Virus genome (UHGV): UHGV-0277313
Length of the DNA: 64,000 nt
From: a virus
Reading direction: 5' to 3' (one strand)
The position numbers and the translations under genes were made by a program. The notes beneath the pieces are model-generated. The model had not been told where the DNA came from. It ran no database searches and saw only the letters and a program-made list of their open reading frames with translations. Position 1 is the stretch's first letter, and each line of letters begins with the position of its first letter. Shown here one piece after another: positions 58,087 through 64,000 of the stretch.

Positions 58087-58458
58087 ATGAGTAAAGTTGA
58101 AACGATCTTCGAAGTGATGACGAGCAAAACGACAGGCGAAGAAAGCACGGTTCCGACGTTCGTTCGTAATTTCAAGTGTGGCTTTAAGGTCACAACGACG
58201 TATTACGAAAAATGGAAAGAAGCGATGACTGTCGTCTATTACAAAGACGTTCGTGTCAGCCGTCTTCACATTATGAAAGACATCGACGAAAAACAGGCGA
58301 AGAGTTTCCTGGAACATTTGCAGGATATGGACATCGCTGTTATTTTGGCGACAGGAAACGTCAAGCGGAAAAAAGAGGGTATTCGTACCGGAAACAAGAA
58401 ACGTTCGGTCAATGCCTATCTTGATAACACAATCGGACATAAAGCGTTCGGTAAATAA
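58087..58458 (+). CDS. hypothetical protein
   Basis: SD AAGGAG. Confidence 0.55.
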   Translation: MSKVETIFEVMTSKTTGEESTVPTFVRNFKCGFKVTTTYYEKWKEAMTVVYYKDVRVSRLHIMKDIDEKQAKSFLEHLQDMDIAVILATGNVKRKKEGIRTGNKKRSVNAYLDNTIGHKAFGK

Positions 58459-58461
58459 TTG

Positions 58462-58507
58462 TTGACAAACATCAGGTGATTGTATATAAATTATACAGTC
58501 ACCTGAT
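58462..58507 (+). promoter_or_regulatory. sigma70-like promoter (TTGACA-N17-TATAAA) overlapped by a 16-bp near-perfect palindrome
   Basis: The palindrome is atcaggtgattgtata / tatacagtcacctgat, matching 15 of 16 positions. Confidence 0.6.
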
Positions 58508-58520
58508 ATGGAGGTTAAAA

Positions 58521-59792
58521 ATGGAAAAAGAAAAGAAACTGACTGTCGAGAGCGTTCATGAAGAAGAAAAGGTCATGGACGAATTTGACATGACGGAGAT
58601 AGCCAAGAACATTGGTTGTTTTACCCCCGCCCCCAAACAACAGAAACAGCAATTGAATGCACAAGACGTACAGGTGATTGCTGATAAAGTTCTGACTGAA
58701 ATGGACAATGAAGATTTGTCTGATTTGTCTGATGATGAAGTCAAGAAAGAATTTGAAGAACGTCTAGCCAAAGAACGTCAAGAAAAACAAAAGGAGCTTG
58801 ACAAACAAAATGGCAAGACGGCTGTCAAAGTGAAGAAGAAATTAACCAAAGATGAAGACAAGTTTATTGCAAGCAATGATGCGGAAGTTGAAGATTTCCG
58901 TGTCAGAAAGTTGCAAGGCAAGGATCTTCATCATTTGAAGATTGAACGCAATTGTCCGAGAAATACTGTTCTGGATATTTTGCGGACGATGTGTTTGGAG
59001 GTGGAAGCTTTTACGAAAGGGAAGCAGCCTTCAGACTTCAGTGAAACGCCGTGTTTCCTGTCAGTCAAAGATTGGAACAACGACATTCAAGAACTTGCCG
59101 ATGACGAATATTGGGAAGTTGACTTGAAAGAACCGTATGATCTGACAGACGAAACAAAAGGAAAGATTGACGATGATTTGTATCCGTTAATCAATCTTGC
59201 CGTACATTGTTTTTCCTTTTATCGTAAAAAGTCGAATTTCACCGAAGAAGATGGGATTTGGCTTGAAAAGGGTGAAGACGGTGAATGGCAACCGATGTTG
59301 ACGTTTGCAATGAACGTTAACAAACAAATTCGTTCGGTCATGCCGGAGAATGTTGACAAACTGTTTGGCTTTAATTTGATGGACATGTTTTCGAAGAAGT
59401 CTATGGAAGCAATGGCCAAACGTGAAGCGATGTTCAATGACGAAGAGCGTCGTACAGTGGACAGGTTGTTCAAGTACTTTGATCATCTGTTGTTTGATGT
59501 CACGAAAGAAGATTTGATAAAAGAAGTTAAGAACAAATTGCTTGATGTTCCGAAAGCTTTGTACACAACTGTTCAAATCGACATCGACGAAACGGAAGTT
59601 CACTTGATGATGTTCATTGCGATGATGTTGAATAAACTGTCAACAGTCTATACCGGAATGGACATCAAAACATTGGCGAAAACAAAAAGTGGTAACGAGA
59701 AGGTTGATGACAGGTTCAAGACATTTTTCGAAGCCTTTAACGTTGGCAAACAATTGAAAAAGGCGATGAAAGATGGTAAGAATAAAGTTTAA
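58521..59792 (+). CDS. acidic hypothetical protein (424 aa)
   Basis: SD GGAGG. Lies downstream of the operator-bearing promoter. Confidence 0.6.
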   Translation: MEKEKKLTVESVHEEEKVMDEFDMTEIAKNIGCFTPAPKQQKQQLNAQDVQVIADKVLTEMDNEDLSDLSDDEVKKEFEERLAKERQEKQKELDKQNGKTAVKVKKKLTKDEDKFIASNDAEVEDFRVRKLQGKDLHHLKIERNCPRNTVLDILRTMCLEVEAFTKGKQPSDFSETPCFLSVKDWNNDIQELADDEYWEVDLKEPYDLTDETKGKIDDDLYPLINLAVHCFSFYRKKSNFTEEDGIWLEKGEDGEWQPMLTFAMNVNKQIRSVMPENVDKLFGFNLMDMFSKKSMEAMAKREAMFNDEERRTVDRLFKYFDHLLFDVTKEDLIKEVKNKLLDVPKALYTTVQIDIDETEVHLMMFIAMMLNKLSTVYTGMDIKTLAKTKSGNEKVDDRFKTFFEAFNVGKQLKKAMKDGKNKV

Positions 59793-59920
59793 ACCGAACA
59801 ACACCACATACAAAGTAATGGTAGACGACCTTGATATGGCAATCAAGGTCGCCTATACAGTTTTGGAATGTCGAAAGGAAGACATTCTTGTCATATCATA
59901 CAATAAGAAAGGAAACAAAA

Positions 59921-60253
59921 ATGACGAAAGCTTTGAATGAAACGAACACGAAACTGTTCTTTATCGACCACATCGAACCTGATTTCAAACTGAACGACGG
60001 AACGATGATTGTGTTCTGTCTTCCGCAGGAAAGTGGTCGTTCGGAAAAATTTGTGAAATTCAAAGTCAGTCCCGATCAGGTTCACGAAGATATTGTAGAT
60101 GGTATCGCGTGTGAAATGGGTTGGGAAGATGTTCACGGCAGTCCCGATGGTTTGTATGACGGATTGTTCATTCGTGTCAGTGATGATGTCATTGGCACAA
60201 AATCCAAAACCCCTGTGGATTTGGATGAAACAAAATTCCAAGTTGAAGAATAA
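59921..60253 (+). CDS. hypothetical protein
   Basis: RBS AAAGGAAA. Confidence 0.5.
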   Translation: MTKALNETNTKLFFIDHIEPDFKLNDGTMIVFCLPQESGRSEKFVKFKVSPDQVHEDIVDGIACEMGWEDVHGSPDGLYDGLFIRVSDDVIGTKSKTPVDLDETKFQVEE

Positions 60254-60265
60254 GGGAGGTTAAAC

Positions 60266-60631
60266 ATGAAGCCTGAAACGAAACTGTTTAAACTGATCGA
60301 CGAAATCTTGACAGCCAAAAAGGCGAAGAAAGAGTTGGACAGTAAGATTGAAAAAGCCGAAGAGACGATTGTCAAACTTGTCGGCGATGTTCAGAAAACA
60401 TCTGTTGAACGTGACGGGGTGGTTTATTCCGTCACGATTGGTGAAAACGTCCGATACGCTTTGGTTGAAGAGGGCAAACGGAAAATGTTGAATGACGTTC
60501 CGTTTGAGTCAGCCTTGTGGAAGAAGACGCCTGACATTGGTGAATGTCTTGAGGATGATGTGATGAAAGAATATGTCATTCGAAAGGACTTTACACCGAA
60601 AGTCATCATCAAAACGGATAAAATCAAATAG
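60266..60631 (+). CDS. hypothetical protein
   Basis: SD AAGGGAGG. Confidence 0.55.
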   Translation: MKPETKLFKLIDEILTAKKAKKELDSKIEKAEETIVKLVGDVQKTSVERDGVVYSVTIGENVRYALVEEGKRKMLNDVPFESALWKKTPDIGECLEDDVMKEYVIRKDFTPKVIIKTDKIK

Positions 60632-60646
60632 GAAAATAATTTCCTA

Positions 60647-60691
60647 TTGACAAACAACGAGTAACCGTATAGATATAGTGTCTATACGGTT
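60647..60691 (+). promoter_or_regulatory. promoter-like TTGACA-N17-TAGATA with an 11-bp perfect inverted repeat
   Basis: The inverted repeat aaccgtataga - N7 - tctatacggtt overlaps the -10 region. Confidence 0.55.
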
Positions 60692-60726
60692 TTGTTATAC
60701 AACCCAAACTTAAAGGAGTAATTATC

Positions 60727-62025
60727 ATGGGTATGTCTTTTAACGAATCGATCAAAGCCATTGACACCATTCGTGCTTGCACGATCAACAACGGAGCGTC
60801 GATTGTTCCGTTGCTGTTGGGTGAAACAGGTATTGGTAAAACCGAACTGGTTCGTGAATATTGTCAAGAGAACAACTTGACGTTGATTACAATTCACGTT
60901 TCGCAGATTGAACCGTCTGACTTGACTGGCTTGTTCAAAATCAACAAGTACGGTAAGACGGATAACTGTTCACCGTCTTGGTTGCCGTGGCTGTCTGAAG
61001 CCGAGTTTGCGAAAATTCAAGAAAGCGGTGCCGTCGAGGTGGAAGTGTTGAATACCTTGAAAGAAGGTGTCATTAACCCGAACGGTGGTATCGTCTTTTT
61101 GGATGAAGTCAACCGTGGTCATGAAGACATCAGACAGTCTTTGTATCAGCTGATTAACGAACGTCGTATGCATACGTTCACCTTGCCGAACAATTACACG
61201 ATTGTGGCAGCGGCGAACCCGTCAAACGGTTATGAAACGTATGACTTCGATAGAGCGTTGGTCAACCGTTTCGCATGGATTGATTTTCAACCGAAAGCGA
61301 AAGAAACTGTTGATTACTTGACGGGTAAGTATTCGACTTCGCCTGTGGTTCAATGGTTGAAGAACAACGAAGAAATGATTGAACTGTGTGCTGTTGACAA
61401 GAATGGTGCGCCGATTTCGAATGACATGGACGATCAGAAAACTATGTCACCCCGTATTTTGGAACAGGGTATCATCTTGTTGGAAGAAATGCACCGTCGT
61501 CATTATCCGCAGAAGTTGAAAAATCAGATTTTGCGGTCAATCTGGAAGAAGAGCGATGTGGAAAGCTACTTGTCTTTCGATGAAGAAGCTGAAAACGCTA
61601 TTGAACTGGAAGACATCTTTACCGGAAAATGGAAGGAACCTGTCAAGAAGTATGTTGAACAACAGAAACTTGATTTGTTGTCGGTCATTGTTTCCCGTAT
61701 GGCGCGGTTCTTTGTTGATTATGAATTCAGCAAGCCGCGTACTGACAAGGAAAGCAAAATGGTCGAGAACGTGGTCGCTTTCTATCACGCCGTTCCTGAA
61801 GAATTGTGTGTAACGTTCTTGAGTGCTTGCACGAATAAATACTTTGAGACGAAAGATGGTCGGAAGTATTTCGGCAAGAATTGCAAGGACGGCAAGTTGA
61901 TTGTCAATGAACATCACTTGTGCATGCAGCCGGAATTTTCTGGTGGCAAAACACAGTATTCCGACAAGGAAATCGGTTCGGTTTTGAAAGGTTCGAAGAA
62001 CATCGGAGCCGCAACGAATAAGTAA
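60727..62025 (+). CDS. MoxR-like AAA+ ATPase (AAA_5/CbbQ-GvpN family)
   Basis: Walker A GETGIGKT, Walker B IVFLDEV, and AAANP...ALVNRF sensor motifs. Confidence 0.75.
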   Translation: MGMSFNESIKAIDTIRACTINNGASIVPLLLGETGIGKTELVREYCQENNLTLITIHVSQIEPSDLTGLFKINKYGKTDNCSPSWLPWLSEAEFAKIQESGAVEVEVLNTLKEGVINPNGGIVFLDEVNRGHEDIRQSLYQLINERRMHTFTLPNNYTIVAAANPSNGYETYDFDRALVNRFAWIDFQPKAKETVDYLTGKYSTSPVVQWLKNNEEMIELCAVDKNGAPISNDMDDQKTMSPRILEQGIILLEEMHRRHYPQKLKNQILRSIWKKSDVESYLSFDEEAENAIELEDIFTGKWKEPVKKYVEQQKLDLLSVIVSRMARFFVDYEFSKPRTDKESKMVENVVAFYHAVPEELCVTFLSACTNKYFETKDGRKYFGKNCKDGKLIVNEHHLCMQPEFSGGKTQYSDKEIGSVLKGSKNIGAATNK

Positions 62026-62033
62026 AACAAATA

Positions 62034-62067
62034 AAGGGAAGGAGTTGAAACATATTCCTTCCCTTTT
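62034..62067 (+). terminator. rho-independent terminator
   Basis: gggaagga ... tccttccc followed by TTTT. Confidence 0.55.
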
Positions 62068-62088
62068 CACAACATTAAGGAGAACACA

Positions 62089-63363
62089 ATGACGACACAT
62101 ACCCTTGATGAACTGATTACCGCGACATTTGTTGCAACAGATGCAGACGGTAAAACGAATTCATACTATGCATTGGTCTTGAGTAAATGCAAGAAATATG
62201 CAAGTAAAGAAGTTCCGACGATGGGCGTTTGTTTCGACCAACGTGGAAAATTGGTTCTGTTGTGGAACCCTGACTTTCTTCGAAAGTTAACAGATGGTGA
62301 AGCGATTGCAGTGCTGAAACATGAAGCGATGCATATCTTCTTTAAACATCTGGCAAGGTTTCAGACAAAGAAAAATCACGAACGTGTGAACATCGCAACT
62401 GATATGGCAATCAATCAGTATTTGAGAGGATTGCCCGCAGGTTGTCAATTGCCTGAAACATACAATCTTCCGAGAGGTTTGTCAGCTGATGCATACTTGA
62501 AAGCATTGGAAGAACAAAACATCGCCGATCAGAAAAAGATGAAAGCATCAGGTGGTCAGGCAGGACAATCTGGTAAAGGTGGTAAAGGCGATAAAGACGA
62601 TGAAGGTGACGGTGATGGAAGCAGCGCCGGAACTGACAATCACGATACGTGGGATAAAGTCGTTGATGAAAATGGTAAAATCATCGGCGATACTGAAAGT
62701 GAAGGAGTTGATACACAATCGACACTGGATCGTATTTCACGAGCTGTTGCACAACGAATGAAAGAGAAAGGTGATACACCTGCATGGGCAACAGCAGTGG
62801 TTGACAATATGGATAAGAAATCAAAACACAATTGGAAAAACGAATTGCGGGTTTTGGTTAATTCCGTCTTGTCAACTGATAAACGTCGTTCGCAGAAACA
62901 TGTGGACAGAAGAATGATTTGTATCACAGATGACTTCTTGTTTCCTGGTAAAAAGAAAGACAGAAAGCCGTCAGTGTTATTGGTCAGAGATACTTCTGGT
63001 TCAATGTTTAATCCTGAAACACAAGCAGCGGTTTTGACTGAAATGGTGGCAATCAGTCGCAGGGCAGAGGTTCTGGTTTGCGATTGTGATGTGACCGTTC
63101 ATCAAGTCTATAAAGTCAGAAAACAATCTGATTTTAAAGAATATAAAGGTGGCGGTGGAACATCGTTCGTGCAACCTTTTGAGGAAGCCAAGAAACGAAA
63201 CGTTGATGCGGTCATTTATTTGACAGACTTGTATGGTGAATTTCCTGATCCGAGAAACATCGGGAAGTATGCAAGAAACACCGTATGGGTGACTGTTGAA
63301 AAAGATGCTGATACAAGAGACCCGCCGTTTGGTAAGGTTGTTCGTATTCAGGACGAGTTGTAA
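62089..63363 (+). CDS. VWA-domain protein with an N-terminal HExxH metallopeptidase-like motif (DUF2201-like)
   Basis: HEAMH N-terminally and a MIDAS-like DTSGSM C-terminally, with a Gly/Asp/Lys-rich linker. Confidence 0.65.
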   Translation: MTTHTLDELITATFVATDADGKTNSYYALVLSKCKKYASKEVPTMGVCFDQRGKLVLLWNPDFLRKLTDGEAIAVLKHEAMHIFFKHLARFQTKKNHERVNIATDMAINQYLRGLPAGCQLPETYNLPRGLSADAYLKALEEQNIADQKKMKASGGQAGQSGKGGKGDKDDEGDGDGSSAGTDNHDTWDKVVDENGKIIGDTESEGVDTQSTLDRISRAVAQRMKEKGDTPAWATAVVDNMDKKSKHNWKNELRVLVNSVLSTDKRRSQKHVDRRMICITDDFLFPGKKKDRKPSVLLVRDTSGSMFNPETQAAVLTEMVAISRRAEVLVCDCDVTVHQVYKVRKQSDFKEYKGGGGTSFVQPFEEAKKRNVDAVIYLTDLYGEFPDPRNIGKYARNTVWVTVEKDADTRDPPFGKVVRIQDEL

Positions 63364-63371
63364 ACATAATT

Positions 63372-63402
63372 GGGGGAGGAGTGAAAATTCCTTCCCTTTT
63401 TC
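63372..63402 (+). terminator. terminator-like hairpin and T-run
   Basis: gggagga ... ccttccc followed by TTTTT. Confidence 0.45.
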
Positions 63403-63421
63403 TTTATATGGGAGAAAAACA

Positions 63422-63946
63422 ATGGAAGAAAATGCAAATGAGATTAAACCTGTTGTTGGTCATTGTTTGGTCAATGGTGCAAGTTATTCTTTACCGATTA
63501 ACGGAAATACGATTATCGAACGTTGTGCTTCAGATAAAAAGTATATCAACCAAAGAAGTGTCATCTGTGAAAAGGAAGACAATGCCGCTAAAATTGTTGT
63601 CGGGTTGAGTGCTTTCTTCAATACTGATGAACGAACACAATTGTTCAGTATCACTGACCCGAAAGACAAACAAAAGAAAATCTTAATCATTCGAGTCAAT
63701 GGAGATTTCGCCGTTGTGTTATTTCATGACTTCGAATGTGTTGTAGCAACAAACGCTTCCAAAACAAAATACAATTCATTTGTATTCAACGATAAATTGA
63801 AATACGAAACTTTCCGTCACGGTGATCATTGCACAATCACCTTAACGAAATCCAAACGTTTCTATGGGACAATCAAAGAATACTTCGAACAGAATGGTTG
63901 TCACTTCGATATCGTTTTGGGTGAATTGATGATGGAGATGTTATAA
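63422..63946 (+). CDS. hypothetical protein
   Basis: SD GGAG upstream of MEENANE. Confidence 0.5.
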   Translation: MEENANEIKPVVGHCLVNGASYSLPINGNTIIERCASDKKYINQRSVICEKEDNAAKIVVGLSAFFNTDERTQLFSITDPKDKQKKILIIRVNGDFAVVLFHDFECVVATNASKTKYNSFVFNDKLKYETFRHGDHCTITLTKSKRFYGTIKEYFEQNGCHFDIVLGELMMEML

Positions 63947-63957
63947 GGGAGGTTAAA

Positions 63958-64000
63958 ATGTTAACCAAAGAACAACGTGAACATTTCGACAGCTTGAATG
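63958..64000 (+). CDS. hypothetical protein (5' fragment, continues past the window)
   Basis: SD AAGGGAGG upstream of MLTKEQREHF. Confidence 0.4.
   Translation, partial: MLTKEQREHFDSLN

Noticed and set aside
50502-62100. Long antisense ORFs (e.g. 50502..51002 -, 51626..52069 -, 53708..54085 -, 57955..58440 -, 61537..62100 -)
   Set aside because: They lie opposite well-signalled + strand genes with strong SDs. They lack RBSs of their own. They are the kind of artefact expected from the higher GC of this module.

Overview
This window looks like part of a large, AT-rich (about 32-35% GC) virulent phage genome. Most genes have Shine-Dalgarno sites of the AAGGAG type. It is laid out in three transcription blocks: 1-27.5 kb on the + strand, 27.6-43.9 kb on the - strand, and 44.4-64 kb on the + strand.

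Recognisable replication and nucleotide-metabolism genes:
- anaerobic ribonucleotide reductase NrdD with its activase NrdG
- dUTPase and dCMP deaminase
- an HU-like DNA-binding protein
- Mre11/SbcD-like and Rad50/SbcC-like proteins
- a T5 D15-type flap endonuclease
- a VRR-NUC nuclease
- a family-A DNA polymerase that appears to be split into two genes 16 kb apart on opposite strands; the C-terminal half carries an HNH intein

Around the polymerase C-half there is a cluster of selfish elements: a free-standing LAGLIDADG homing endonuclease, the intein, a DUF559/Vsr-like endonuclease with repeated N-terminal modules, and an orphan DNA methyltransferase.

Other notable contents:
- a solo TnpB (IS605 OrfB-type RuvC nuclease with all catalytic residues)
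- a sugar epimerase and a GT8 glycosyltransferase
- two nucleotidyltransferase-fold proteins, one of them CCA/poly(A)-polymerase-like
- a beta-helix tail fibre or spike
- a tandem array of seven paralogous genes of about 170 aa, two of which share an identical 64-bp stretch
- several tandem duplications

At 49.1-50.5 kb there is a 1.4-kb ORF-free stretch. It contains a cytosine-depleted GA-rich segment and hairpin-rich DNA with repeated motifs. It marks a sharp jump to about 45% GC in the downstream module (50.5-64 kb). That module is dense with small + strand genes and has four copies of a conserved intergenic stem-loop. It also has three palindromic operators that overlap sigma-70-like promoters, and it ends in a MoxR-like AAA+ ATPase paired with a protein carrying HExxH and VWA motifs.

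I saw no CRISPR arrays and no convincing tRNAs or rRNAs. All calls rest on reading motifs by eye. No database searches were run.
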